Below are positions 13,150 to 24,200 of a stretch of DNA of 34,290 bases, one piece after another (position 1 is the first letter of the stretch; each line of letters opens with the position of its first letter). The notes below the pieces were generated by a model. The model ran no database searches. It had not been told where the DNA came from and saw nothing but the letters and a program-made list of their open reading frames with translations. The stretch is from NCBI GenBank assembly GCA_032718475.1, contig JAUCBJ010000964.1, positions 1 through 34,290 on the forward strand, written 5' to 3'. The translations under genes were made by a program, and so were the position numbers. Source of the DNA: Nemertoderma westbladi. Taxonomy: Eukaryota > Animalia > Xenacoelomorpha.

Positions 13150-13560
13150 CATTTGGGTGGCTCCAAGGGGACATTGTCTTGTAAGAACCATTATATTTTT
13201 TAGTGGCCCTTTATGAACAGTGACTAATTAAGGCCATTTCAAACTTTTGGCTCAAATGGAACATGGTCTTGCATGGGCCATTGCCTTTTCAAAGGCGTTT
13301 GATAAAAATTGGCTAATATCGGGCCACATTATAGTTGAGTGGCTCCAAGCGACACTATCCAATATGGGCCATTTCAGATTTGAATGGCTTTAAGGGAAAA
13401 TTGCCTAATATATATGAAATATATTTCATATTTAAGTGGCTCTAATGGACAATGTCTTGTAAGAGCCATTTCATTTTTTGGTGGCCCTTTATGAACAGTG
13501 TCCAATAGAGGTCATTTTGAATTTTAGTGGCTCCAATGGAATATTGTATTGCATGGTACA
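13150..13560. repeat. Degenerate tandem repeat (about 45-bp units, gtggc..ggccattt) with a higher-order duplication of about 280 bp
   Basis: gtggctc..acattgtcttgtaaga.ccatt..tttt.gtggccctttatgaacagtg at 13157 and again at 13436. Confidence 0.6.
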
Positions 13561-13914
13561 ATCCTTTTTAAAGGTTTTTATAAATATATTCAAATTAAAT
13601 TAAACAGTATTAGATAAATAAAGCGGTTTTTTGTGAGAGAAATCCAGAAGTCCAATTTTTTCTTTTGAAAAATAGCTTTTATCATGAGGTTTTTATTCTA
13701 GAACATTTGACATTATGACAGTAAGATTGTAGCTAGAAATTTTGATTTTGTGTTAGCTAATACTTTTTATTAGCTAGTGAAACAATAAAAATTTAAAATT
13801 TAAAATAAAATTTCTTGTTGAAATTACTTTAATCATTGCTTTTATTATTTATTAGCTACCATAAATTTTACTAGATATCATGATAATTTAATTGAACAAT
13901 TTCAAAAATTTTAA

Positions 13915-15279
13915 GACCGCGTTTACACTACCGAGTCAAAGTCAAGGTCAAATTCAAAAGAAAATAAATATAGCTAGCTAGCAATAATAAATAATAATAC
14001 ATTATATAGGCCTAATATAATACATAAGGGCATTCTAGAAAAAATTAATTTCATGTGATATGTTTTACATTTTGTCCTTTAAGGTGGTAGTACCGGGCTA
14101 TAAAATGCTGTACAAATACCGGGGGGGGGGGGGGGGGGTCATATTGACCCATCCCTCTAAAATCTACAAATATTAACGAAAACGTCTGAATTTACTGGGG
14201 TGGTAATATTGCAGCACCAAAATTACAAGTAGTGCATAATTTTCACAAAATTTGAAAGTTATATTTTTCGGCTAATTGTTTTTCAATATGGGTATATAGG
14301 TTTTCTGGGGTGCAAAATACATTGAAACAAGATGATACTATCTACTGATCAATTTACACATTTTCCAAAATTTGGTGCTGGCACAACAATTTTCACCCAC
14401 CGGCGAAAAATACAAGTTTGAAAACATTTATGAAATTTTTACTGTTTCCATTGAATTCAGAACCCTAACAAACCCGTATAACGCAAGAAACAAGATGGCA
14501 CAATCAATTGATATATTTGATGGTTTTCAAAATTTGGTGCTAGCACCACATTTTGCACCCACTTCCGAAAAATACAAGTTTGAGATGTCTATTTCGATAA
14601 ATATATATTCCATTGAATTCAGAACAGCCATAAACCTCTAAAATGCAAGAAATAAATTGTCACAAGCAATTTTATCTATTGAATGGATTTTCAAAATTTC
14701 GTGCTAGCACCAAAATTTGCACACAGCACCGAAAAATACAAGTTTGATACGCTTGGTGCAACTCGTATATATTTCATCGAAACCAGAACCCAAAAAAACC
14801 CCAATTGCGTAAAAAACAAGTTTCAAACAATCACTTTACAAAATTAACATATTTCAAAATTTGGTGCTGGCACCAAAATTTGGCACCCGCCGAAAAAAAC
14901 AAGTTTGAAATTTCTAAATCAATTTATATGAATTCCATCCAATTGCTAAGACCAAAAAACCGGTGTAAATAAAAAAATAGAGATGTTACAATTCATATTT
15001 AATGAAATGTAATTTTCAAAAAACGTCTCAAAAAAAGTGCCAAAAGTAGGGTTAAAAAATGGTGCTATAACTCGAAAAACTACCCAATATTTTTGAAAAC
15101 GGTTTTCACTACTAGGAATACAATAGATTTTTAGGAAAAGTCATAAAATTTCAGATTCCCAACTGCGTTTGTTTCAGAATTATAATAAAAAAAACCACGG
15201 GGGAGGGTCATATTGGCCCCCTCCACCCCAGGTTTAATAGAGTTAACTTTGACTTTGACTCGGTAGTGTGAACGCGGCC
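13915..15279. mobile_element. PIF/Harbinger-like MITE carrying nested sequence
   Basis: TIRs gaccgcgtttacactaccgagtcaaagtcaa (from 13915) and ttgactttgactcggtagtgtgaacgcggcc (to 15279). 3-bp TSD TAA (13912-13914, 15280-15282). Confidence 0.75.
14119..15246. mobile_element. Nested element inside the Harbinger MITE, possibly piggyBac-like, with about 4 internal tandem copies of a 162-164-bp unit
   Basis: ggg(g)tcatattg(a/g)ccc blocks near both ends (about 14135 and 15206). The right end is aatagag followed by TTAA (15243-15246); the left terminus is not recognisable. The unit anchor caaaattt(g/c)gtgct(g/a)gcac occurs at about 14366, 14528, 14692 and 14856. Confidence 0.45.
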
Positions 15280-15412
15280 TAAAAAGTTATTTTATTCATT
15301 TTATATACTTATTATATCCATTCCGTTCTTTTTAAATACTAACCAGGCCTTTGTCTAAAAAATATTTGTTCGCAATCTTGTTTCTTGTTCAAATCAGTCT
15401 TGTTTGCAATGT

Positions 15413-16102
15413 TTCAACTTACTGAACTACCTTGGAAGCACGCAGATTCAACTCACTGAACAACATTGGAAGCACGCAGATTCAACTGACTCAACTGCCT
15501 TGGAAGCACGCAGAATCAACAGACTCAACTACATTGGAAGCACAAAGATTCAACTGACGCAACTACCTTGGAAACACGCAGATTCAACTGACTCAACTGC
15601 CTTGGAAACACACAGATTCAACTGACTCAACTACCTTGGAAGCACGCAGATTCAACTGACTCAACTACATTGGAAGCACGCAGATTCAACTGACTCAACT
15701 ACCCTGGAAGCACGCAGATTCAACTGACTTAACTACATTGGAAGCACGCAGATTCAACTGACTCAACTACCTTGGAAGCACGCAGATTCAACTGACTCAA
15801 CTACCTTGGAAGCACGCAGATTCAACTGACTCAACTACCCTGGAAGCACGCAGATTCAACTGACTCAACTACATTGGAAGCACTCAGATTCAACTGACTC
15901 AACTACCCTGGAAGCACGCAGATTCAACTGACTCAACTACATTGGAAGCACGCAGATTCAACTGACTCAACTACATTGGAAGCACAGATTCAACTGACTC
16001 AACTACATTGGACGCACGCAGATTCATCTGACTCAACTACCTTGGAAACACGCAGATTCAACTGACTCAACTATCTTGGAAGCACGCAGATTCAACTGAC
16101 TC
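15413..16102. repeat. 34-bp minisatellite, about 20 copies
   Basis: Unit gattcaactgactcaactac(c/a)ttggaagcacgca, head to tail, no spacers. More diverged at the left edge. Confidence 0.95.
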
Positions 16103-16570
16103 ATATATATATATATATTTATCTGCAGCTGTTTTGAGCGCCATAAATGGAACTTATATTTTTTGATATTTATTATTGTCTTTTATTTTAAGTTGGTACA
16201 TGATTTTTGAATTTGGGGCTGCTCAGAATTGATGTAGCGGTTATTTCCACTAATTTTAACCCACCACCCTCACTTATATCTCAGTTTTGAAATAAAAAAA
16301 TAAAATTATATATTAACCTCATAATTAAAAACTACCTCACCCTTGGTACCACCATCGATGCCACAGTTTTATCACGAAATTGCTAACACCATCGCACCAT
16401 AACATAAATTTTAGACAGTAACTAATAGCAATAGGGTTTGTACTTACAGTATAGTAAGAAATGTGTTTTATAATATGTTTTAATTTTAAAATAATCATTA
16501 ATTAATTCGTATCGTTAATCGTTAATTATAGCATCACATCTTGACAGTCGCATTTGACAATATTATATTG

Positions 16571-16800
16571 TGTAGAGAGCGTAGTCTCTCAACGTTTAAT
16601 ATTTACATGAGTCAGTACAGCAGTAAGTAAAACCAGTATTAGTAATGACTACGGGTACAGCCACTGTCTGACTGTAACAATAGTTTCCATGAAACCGAAA
16701 GTTGATACAGTGCAGTGATGGGTGCATACTGCAGTAAGGTACAACAGTATTAGTTCAATTAAGGTTCGATGACCCCTAATATATATATATGGCCACTACA
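16571..16800 (-). repeat. 3' LTR (230 bp)
   Basis: tgtagagagc..ggccactaca. I see 2 differences from the 20708-20937 copy. Confidence 0.96.
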
Positions 16801-16811
16801 TGGCTCCCCCC
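16801..16811 (-). promoter_or_regulatory. Polypurine tract plus CCA before the 3' LTR
   Basis: The minus strand reads GGGGGGAGCCA immediately before TGTAGTGGCC. Confidence 0.85.
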
Positions 16812-16821
16812 AGAACCTGAA

Positions 16822-19338
16822 TTAATAAAAATAGTCCGGCTGCCGGATGGCCCGCCCACTTCGAGTTGCTATGGTAGTTTGCGGTGGTTCGGGTGAATTG
16901 CAGGGACTGGGGGGAGGGAGGTCCGGGGGTGTCACTGTAGGTGGTCGACCACGGCGCGGTGGGATGGCCACAATGACGGGTTCATCGATAGCGAGGTGGG
17001 CCGGTTTGAGTCTGTCGATGGAGACGGTCTCCTGACGCCCGCCCACCTCAATGACGAACGTCTTTGAGCCGCGCTGTACGACCTTGTACGGCCCGGTGTA
17101 GGGCCGCTGTAAGGGAGCGCGGTGAGCATCAGTGCGTAAAAAGACATCGTCACTGGTTGTTAGTTGTGACGGCACTGACGATTTGGGTTGGCCATGACGG
17201 GAGGTTGGTGTGGGCATGAACTGCCGTGCGTGGTAGTGGAGGCCCGTGAGGAAAGCTGTCGAGTTCGGAGGGTCGGTTGGCGAGGCAACGAAGTCGCCAG
17301 GCACCGTCAGTGGCTCGCCGTAGACCAGCTCGGCCGATGAGCAGTGGAGGTCCTCTTTGGGGGCGGTCCGGTAGCCCAGAAGGGCCCATGGCAGTTCGTC
17401 GACCCAGTTTGGTCCAGTTAGTCGGGCTCTAAGGGAGGCCTTGAGGGAACGGTGGAACCGTTCCACCAGGCCCTTTGCCTGCGGATGGTAGGCCGTCGTC
17501 CGGTGGAGTTTGGTGCCGAAGAGTCTGTTGACGTCGGCCCACAACTCTGAGGTGAACTGACTGCCGCGGTCGGAGGATAGTTCGACCGGTACGCCGAACC
17601 GGGCGATCCAGTGGGCGAGGAGAGCGCGGGCACAGCTCTCGGTTGTGGAGTCGGCGAGCGGGATGGCCTCGGGCCAACGAGTAGTCCGGTCGACGATCGT
17701 AAACAGGTAGGTGGAGCCTCTGGATGGAGGGAGGGGCCCTACCAGGTCGACGTTGACATGGTCGAACCGGCGTCGAGGAACAGAGAATGTCTCGAGGGGG
17801 GCCTTTATATGGCGTTGAACCTTAGAGGTCTGGCAGGCGACGCAAGCCTTGGCCCAGCTCGTCACTTGTTTGGACAGGCCGTGCCAGACGAAACGCTCGG
17901 AGAGGAGTTTCCTAGTGGAGCGGATTGATGGGTGGGACAGCGAATGGACCACATCGAACATGTGGCGGCGCCACGTGCTGGGGACTATCGGCCGAGGTCG
18001 GCCCGTAGAGACGTCACAGAGGAGCGTGACGTCATCGTCCGCGAGTGTGACGTCATGTAGATCAAGGCTACCAGGGTTTGCCTGGAAGGCCTGTAGTTCG
18101 TCATCCTCCCGTTGGGCGGCCGACATGGCCTTATAGTCGACCCCGAGTTGGGTCGACAGATGGCCCACGAAGCTGCGAGAGAGGGCGTCCGCGACCTGGT
18201 TGTCCTTTCCGTCTACGTGGCGTACATTCGTGGTGAATTCCAAGATGTACGCCAGGTGGCGCTGTTGACGGGGGGACCAGGGGTCAGTGACCTTTGAGAA
18301 GGCCTGAGTTAGGGGTTTATGGTCCGTGTAGGCCACAAACGTTCGGCCTTCGAGAAAATAACGGAAGTGGCGGACCGCGAGGTATAAGCCGAGGAGTTCG
18401 CGGTCGTAGGCGCTGTACTTCCGTTCGGGAGGGTGAAGTTGTCGGCTGAAGAACGCGAGCGGTCGCCACTTTCCATCGGTCCACTGTTCTAGTGCCGCGC
18501 CGACAGCTGAGTCTGATGCGTCGGTGGTGACGGAGGTCGGCGCATCGTGGCGAGGGTGGACGAGCATGGCGGCGTTTGCGAGGGCCCGCTTGGAGGACTC
18601 GAAGGACGCGGCTAGTTCGTGAGTCCAGTCGACGTCCCTAGCCTTGGTGGCGACGGCGGCGTAAAGTGGCTGCAGTGCGGCAGCAGCTGCGGGTATAAAT
18701 CGGTGGTAAAACGTTACCATACCGATAAACTCCCGCAACCCTTTGGTGGTGGTTGGACGCGGGAAGGAGCGGACGGCTTCTACCTTTTCGGGGAGCAGAT
18801 GGGCGCCGGATGCATTTACGACGTGGCCCAGGAACTGGATTTCCACCACCCCGAACACGCACTTCGCAAGGTTGACAACAAGGCCGTAGTCTTGGAGCTG
18901 CTGGAAGAGTTGACGCAGATGGGCGAGGTGTTCCTCGGGGGTTGCACTCGCGATGAGGATATCGTCGAGGTACACGTAGAGGAAGTCCAGCCCGGAGCAC
19001 ACAGAGTCCATCAGGCGTTGGAAGGCCTGGGCGGCGTTCTTGAGGCCGAACGGCATACGAACGAATTCGAAGAGGCCGAACGGAGTGACAACGGCGGTCT
19101 TGGGAATGTCTCCGGGCGCCACGGGGATCTGGTGGTAGCCCCGCACCAGATCGACCTTGGAGAATATCGTGGCCCCTGCGAGTCGCGCCGAGAAGTCCTG
19201 GATGTGCGGGACGGGGTACCGATCGGGGGTCGTGGCGTCATTGAGGAGACGGTAGTCGCCGCAGGGCCGCCAACCGCCGTTTGGTTTGGGCGCCATGTGG
19301 AGGGGAGACGACCAGGGGCTATTCGAACGGCGAATAAT
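16822..19338 (-). CDS. pol: Pol: reverse transcriptase, RNase H and integrase; open frame, but separated from the protease frame by a frameshift
   Basis: [47 protein letters not shown]; RNase H TTDASD..YDRELL..TDHKPL; integrase H-H-C-C (HSLSHP..CVAC), [23 protein letters not shown] motif. Confidence 0.95.
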   Translation of the reverse strand: MIRRSNSPWSSPLHMAPKPNGGWRPCGDYRLLNDATTPDRYPVPHIQDFSARLAGATIFSKVDLVRGYHQIPVAPGDIPKTAVVTPFGLFEFVRMPFGLKNAAQAFQRLMDSVCSGLDFLYVYLDDILIASATPEEHLAHLRQLFQQLQDYGLVVNLAKCVFGVVEIQFLGHVVNASGAHLLPEKVEAVRSFPRPTTTKGLREFIGMVTFYHRFIPAAAAALQPLYAAVATKARDVDWTHELAASFESSKRALANAAMLVHPRHDAPTSVTTDASDSAVGAALEQWTDGKWRPLAFFSRQLHPPERKYSAYDRELLGLYLAVRHFRYFLEGRTFVAYTDHKPLTQAFSKVTDPWSPRQQRHLAYILEFTTNVRHVDGKDNQVADALSRSFVGHLSTQLGVDYKAMSAAQREDDELQAFQANPGSLDLHDVTLADDDVTLLCDVSTGRPRPIVPSTWRRHMFDVVHSLSHPSIRSTRKLLSERFVWHGLSKQVTSWAKACVACQTSKVQRHIKAPLETFSVPRRRFDHVNVDLVGPLPPSRGSTYLFTIVDRTTRWPEAIPLADSTTESCARALLAHWIARFGVPVELSSDRGSQFTSELWADVNRLFGTKLHRTTAYHPQAKGLVERFHRSLKASLRARLTGPNWVDELPWALLGYRTAPKEDLHCSSAELVYGEPLTVPGDFVASPTDPPNSTAFLTGLHYHARQFMPTPTSRHGQPKSSVPSQLTTSDDVFLRTDAHRAPLQRPYTGPYKVVQRGSKTFVIEVGGRQETVSIDRLKPAHLAIDEPVIVAIPPRRGRPPTVTPPDLPPPSPCNSPEPPQTTIATRSGRAIRQPDYFY

Positions 19339-19993
19339 TTGATAATTTAATAATCACCTCCATCTTGTGGAACTCTTCACGCGCGATCTCGAGTTTATCG
19401 AGAGGGAGTCGACGGGCGCGGGCGTGAACGGGAGGACCAGTGGTCGGAATGTAATGCTCCACGCCGTGGCGAGTAGACGAGTCCGAGAAGGTTGGCGTCG
19501 TGATGGCGGGGAACTCCGCCAGGAGGTCGGAGTAAACTCGGTCCACGGAGGTCGACGCGAGGTGAGGATGGGTTCCCGGGATGGTGGAGGAGGAGCAACG
19601 GAGGGGGATCGGCTGGAAAGTTTCCATGTCGATGAGTTGCTGCCCCTTAACGTCAACCATCAGGGCGTGGTCGCAGAGGAAATCAGCCCCAAGCAACGGT
19701 TGGGGGACGTCTGCGATGACGAAGTCCCAGTGGGTCCGCCGGTCATTGAACCGCAGGGGGATAGAGCGCGTCCCGTAGGAACGAATCGATGATCCGTTGA
19801 CGGCGCGGAGCGGCGGCCCAGTACGTCCGGAACGGGTGTCGAATCCGCTGGCGGGGAACACACTCACCTGGGCGCCGGTGTCCACGAGGAAGTGGCGCCC
19901 GGAGTTCCGGTCCCAGAGGTAGAGGAGGTTATCCCGCTGTTTGTATCGACCAGTCGACGCCGCGGCTACCGTCGGCTGGTCGGGGCGTTTCCC
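19339..19993 (-). CDS. Pol N-terminus with aspartic protease
   Basis: [10 protein letters not shown] and LLGADFL motifs, then [19 protein letters not shown] leading into RT. Entered from gag by a predicted -1 frameshift. Confidence 0.9.
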
Positions 19994-20648
19994 GGGAAGG
20001 AACACGGCGCCTTGCACTGCTTGGCAGCGCTACCGAACCGAGCGTGGTAGTAACACACGCTTTTGGTGTCAGGCTGAGCAGTGCCGGAGGAGTTTGTGGA
20101 GGAGTCCGAGTCGAGTTTGTCATCCCCCTGTTCACGCCGGCCAGTTGGGATTGTCCCTGGCGTTTGGCCAACCAAAGAACGTCGGCGGTCGCAGCCAGGG
20201 CGCGGGGGTCCTCGAAAGAGTCGTTGGAGATTTGTAGCCGAATGTCCTCGGGGAGCTGTTCGAGGAAGAGTTGCTCGAACAGCAAACACGGCGTGTGCCC
20301 GGTGAGGAGCCCCAGCATCTCGTCCATGAGTTCGGACGGCTTGCGGTCGCCCAGCCCACGCATATGGAGGAGTCTCGCAGCGCGCTCCCGCCGACTCAGG
20401 GCGAAAGTCCCGAGGAGCCTCGCCTTCAGTCCCTCGTACTTCCCATCTGTAGGCGGAGCGGTGAGTGTGTCGAGGAGGCGAGTGGCGGTCGGCTGGTCGA
20501 GAGAGGTGACGACGTGATAGTACTTTGTCGAGTCGTCGACAATCCTCCGGAGTTGGAACTGGGCCTCCACCTGCGCGAACCAGACGGATGGGTTTTCCGT
20601 CCAGAACGGGGGCAGTTTGATGGCGACCGCGTTGAGGTCGTTAGCCAT
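19966..20648 (-). pseudogene. gag: Gag with one internal frameshift (about 20100-20140)
   Basis: N-terminus VAIKLPPFW..WFAQVEAQF..LGDRKPSELM. The C-terminal CYYHARFGSAAKQCKAPC..PGN motif is in a different frame (ORF 19966-20289). Confidence 0.88.
19987..19993 (-). promoter_or_regulatory. -1 ribosomal frameshift slippery heptamer G GGA AAC
   Basis: X XXY YYZ in the gag frame, 5 sense codons before the gag stop. The -1 frame is the protease ORF. Confidence 0.8.
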
Positions 20649-20693
20649 CGGTAGCTACAGAGCTACGCCTGTACGCGAAATCCGTTCGCGCAA

Positions 20694-20706
20694 GTCTGGG
20701 TCACCA
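20694..20706 (-). promoter_or_regulatory. Primer-binding site, tRNA-Trp-like
   Basis: TGGTGACCCAGAC, 1 nt inside the LTR end. Eukaryotic tRNA-Trp typically ends ..GTCGGGGTCACCA. Confidence 0.85.
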
Positions 20707-20707
20707 A

Positions 20708-20937
20708 TGTAGAGAGCGTAGTCTCTCAACGTTTAATATTTACATGAGTCAGTACAGCAGTAAGTAAAACCAGTATTAGTAATGACTATGGGTACAGCCA
20801 CTGTCTGACTGTAACAATAGTTTCCATGAAACCGAAAGTTGATACAGTGCAGTGATGGGTGCATACTGCAGTAAGGTACAACAGTATTAGTTCAATTCAG
20901 GTTCGATGACCCCTAATATATATATATGGCCACTACA
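20708..20937 (-). repeat. Inner 5' LTR (230 bp)
   Basis: Near-identical to the other two LTRs. Confidence 0.96.
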
Positions 20938-20958
20938 TGATCTCGTCTGGGTCACCAA

Positions 20959-21188
20959 TGTAGAGAGCATAGTCTCTCAACGTTTAATATTTACATGAGT
21001 CAGTACAGCAGTAAGTAAAACCAGTATTAGTAATGACTATGGGTACAGCCACTGTCTGACTGTAACAATAGTTTCCATGAAACCGAAAGTTGATACAGTG
21101 CAGTGATGGGTGCATACTGCAGTAAGGTACAACAGTATTAGTTCAATTCAGGTTCGATGACCCCTAATATATATATATGGCCACTACA
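20959..21188 (-). repeat. Extra outer 5' LTR (230 bp)
   Basis: I see 1 difference from 20708-20937. It carries the TSD-adjacent end and is separated from the inner LTR by 21 bp. Confidence 0.96.
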
Positions 21189-21345
21189 ATTGTCACGAAG
21201 GCATTTTTTGTGTCATTCTTTTTTAAGAGTGTAGTGAACTTTATGGGTATACCTGCACTCTGAGTAACTGACAGATACTGGAAATATTACAGGTTATAAG
21301 TAAAATAAGGCTATTGAGTAATAAATAGACATATTGAATCCAAAC

Positions 21346-21558
21346 TTACAGTAGGAACGTCATAGCATAGTATGACACCGTTTTAGGTCGTTTTGCTGCT
21401 AGTTGTTGCGTCCTAGAAGAGATCTTCTTCTTGCTCGAGGTTGTTACATTTAACACAACGGCATCAAGATAATGCCCCTCATATATTGGGGCATTGTCAA
21501 ATACTTCGCGTAAAGACGCCCTCTCGTATCCGGGAGGTAGTGCGGAATACCGATCCAT
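21346..21558 (-). pseudogene. Probable first exon of a decayed unknown gene that the Gypsy element interrupted
   Basis: ATG-initiated protein-like ORF (MDRYSALPPGYERASLREVF..YLDAVVLNV..SYYAMTFL) ending at a GTAAGT donor. A tttccag acceptor follows near 21278. Confidence 0.4.
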
Positions 21559-22049
21559 TATAGTTAAATAGGCCTAACCAATTAGATAACTAATATAGAT
21601 AATAATTTATAATTTATAACTAATGATTAATATAGATAACCAATTACTAAAACAATTTATTATTAATATTATTACAGTATTATTATTAATATACATTGCG
21701 AAATAAACTGATATTGAATTTTTAAATACAAAAATTAAGATGTTCCTTATAAAAATGTATCACATCACATATTACAATATTCATAGATATATATGCATAG
21801 GTTATGACAGCGGTTAAATTAACTGAGGAACAAGGGTTAAACGGCATAACGGTTAAAGGAATGGATGAGAAACGAATGTTAGGAATTTCATTTGGAAAAT
21901 ATTTGCAGTATAGCTTCATTAATTAAATTAATGAAGGCGTTCCTGGTTTGACTGGGCAGCATATTATTTCAACTAGGCGGCAAAAGTTCCGCGCAGTGAC
22001 AATAATAAACGAGGCTATGCTCAGTATTACATTAAAAAATGAGTATTAT

Positions 22050-22260
22050 TCACCGCAACGGTACTGTCTTGTTGTTCTTGTGATGTATGTAAGTGTTTCG
22101 TGGTCCATTATACCCAATACGCACACCTTGGCGTAACTGTTGCATTAATTCTGAAACCTCTTGCGATTGGGCATGGAAACGTAAATCATCCTCAAGTTTG
22201 TCTACATTGATGGGAGTAGATGGGTGTTTTTCTATGCTGTAACTGCCTTTTCGTATTTTC
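22050..22260 (-). mobile_element. Fragment of a DIRS/Ngaro-type retrotransposon RT N-terminal region
   Basis: STPINVDKLEDDLRFH..LRQGVRIGYNGPR..N matches the motif that precedes the RT core in tyrosine-recombinase retrotransposons. No RT core follows. Confidence 0.6.
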
Positions 22261-22739
22261 AAGTGTTGAAATGCCTCTGACGCTATGTTTGCTAGATCGT
22301 TTTGATCTATGTAATAAATATGGTCAGCCACTGTTGAACTCGTGATATCCATTATCATATAATCATTTTAAAAGTCCTATAGAACTAGACTTATAATATC
22401 TGATAGCTCTAACTGTTAGTCGCCTACTGGTAACTATCTCTATAGCTGTACTTATGCTGTAGGCCAATATGCACTACTGCACTAAATGACTATGCAATAT
22501 CTTAGTGCGCTTCAAGTATTATTTTCAGATAAATGACAGTAACTCAGCTTCAGTAATACTACAATAGGGCCCAAGTACTGTCCAATATTTTCAAGGCAAC
22601 AGACCCAAGTCCAATAAACTACAGTTGTTGGTTGGTTGAAAGTGCAGAAGTGCAACAACTCAACTTGTGCAACAGGCTGAAGTCCTCCTGTGAAATGGTT
22701 GGTAGACAATGCAAAACTGATTTGGTCGCAAATTATTTG

Positions 22740-24200
22740 TTGAAAAGTTTTCAACAAACCTACTATAAAAATTAACCATGCCTGTGAATGTCTGAACTTC
22801 TTTTTGACAACCAGGTTTTGTTTAACTGATAATGGAAGATACTTTTTCAGGGTCCGATGTTATCGTACCATTCCCCACTATGTATCAAAGTACTCTCACA
22901 GATTTTTTTCCAAATATACATTTCTTTGGATTTAATTTCAAACCATCACGTCGCATTCTTTAAAATGCGGCTTTAATCATTTGTAGATGGTCCTCTATTG
23001 AACGACTAGATAACGTGATGTCGTCTTGATATGGAGGGACATTGGAGATATTCTGCCTAGTTTTTGATATTTCGCGTTGAAATTTTGGTCCTGAATTACA
23101 CCATCCAAATGGTACGACAGTGAATTGATATAAATTGTCACCCGCTTGAAATGCTGTCTTTAGTCGTGATTCCTCATCCAAAGGTATTTGCCAATACGCA
23201 GATTGTAAATCTAAGGTAGAAATCACATTGGCATTAGCTAGCTAACTCATCAAGGATATCATCAATTCGAGGTAATGGAAATTGGTCATGTATAGTAATA
23301 TTATTTAACTTTTTATAATTAACAACGAAACGTTTTTCACCTCCTTTCGATGAATTACTAAAAGGCAAGGAAATACCCAGGGAGAACTACTGTGCTCTAT
23401 GACATCCATTTTCAGCATTTTATCCACATGTTCCAGTATTTCCTTGGTCTCGGCTGGGCTCTTTCTATATGACCTAATTAATATATATCGGATCATTATT
23501 TTGGGTTTCTATTTTTACATTAGCTTCAATATGATGTCCCAAATCTGAAGAATCCCTTGAAAATATATCCGAAAATTCCCAACATATTTCTTTCAAATTT
23601 TCAACCTCTTTAGATGACCAGCTTATCAGGAATTTAAAATTGTTTAAGAATTCCCGTTTTACTAAGATGTTGTTCTCATTTTTATCATTTATAGCCACTG
23701 CACAACAACCTTTGTTGTTATCATATGGGAAAGAAATTTCAATTTTTCCAAAATCGATAACAATTTTCAAGGACATTAATATATCTTTGCCTAATATAAC
23801 TTCGAAATCGTTACTTGGCATTCACAAACCATTCACAAGTAACACGATCCCCTATACGAAACTCAAAATACCCGTATTCCGTCACAGTAAAATTAAAACT
23901 ACCCAGAGTTGTGAACAACTTTCGAGGTCCACTCCTAATTTGTAATGCAGCTTCTCTAAAAATTTTTAAATCAGGCACAAAACTATAATCAGATCCAGAA
24001 TCTATTAATGTTTTACAATTCTTACTCACACCTATCACCACATTGTTGTAGATAAGGCTGGCAATGACATTAATTTCCCGTTGTCATTGACAGACCTGAT
24101 CCGTTTTTTTGGTTTATTTCTACAAACAGATGCTACATGATTCATTTCACCACATTTATAACATACCTTTCCTTTCCAACAACGTTGTGCTGAATGGTTA
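22740..24200 (-). mobile_element. Old, AT-rich, degenerate Ty3/Gypsy gag-PR-RT fragment
   Basis: CYKCGEMNHVASVC knuckle (about 24126-24167), LIDSGSD protease, ILGKD, SSSPWVFP, LDLQSAYWQIP..KTAF..VPFG..YQDD, LKLNPKKC, GMVNFY. Many stops and frameshifts; truncated on both sides. Confidence 0.9.

Larger units (their letters stand above)
16571..21188 (-). mobile_element. Young Ty3/Gypsy LTR retrotransposon with three LTRs
   Basis: TG..CA LTRs, 4-bp TSD ATTG (16567-16570, 21189-21192), PBS, PPT and domain order gag-PR-RT-RH-IN. Confidence 0.97.

Noticed and set aside
14372-15625. ORFs 14372-14641 and 15404-15625 as genes
   Set aside because: They are translations of tandem repeats.
15413-16102. 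CRISPR array (34-bp repeat length)
   Set aside because: Units are head to tail with no unique spacers, there are no cas genes, and the context is eukaryotic.
16847-20654. Many overlapping and antisense ORFs inside the Gypsy element (e.g. 18619-19350 +)
   Set aside because: Shadow ORFs expected in GC-rich coding DNA; no recognisable motifs.
20708-21188. Tandem LTRs from two independent insertions or unequal crossover
   Set aside because: There is no internal TSD, and the spacer holds tRNA-like bases absent from the element's own PBS, which favours a reverse-transcription origin.
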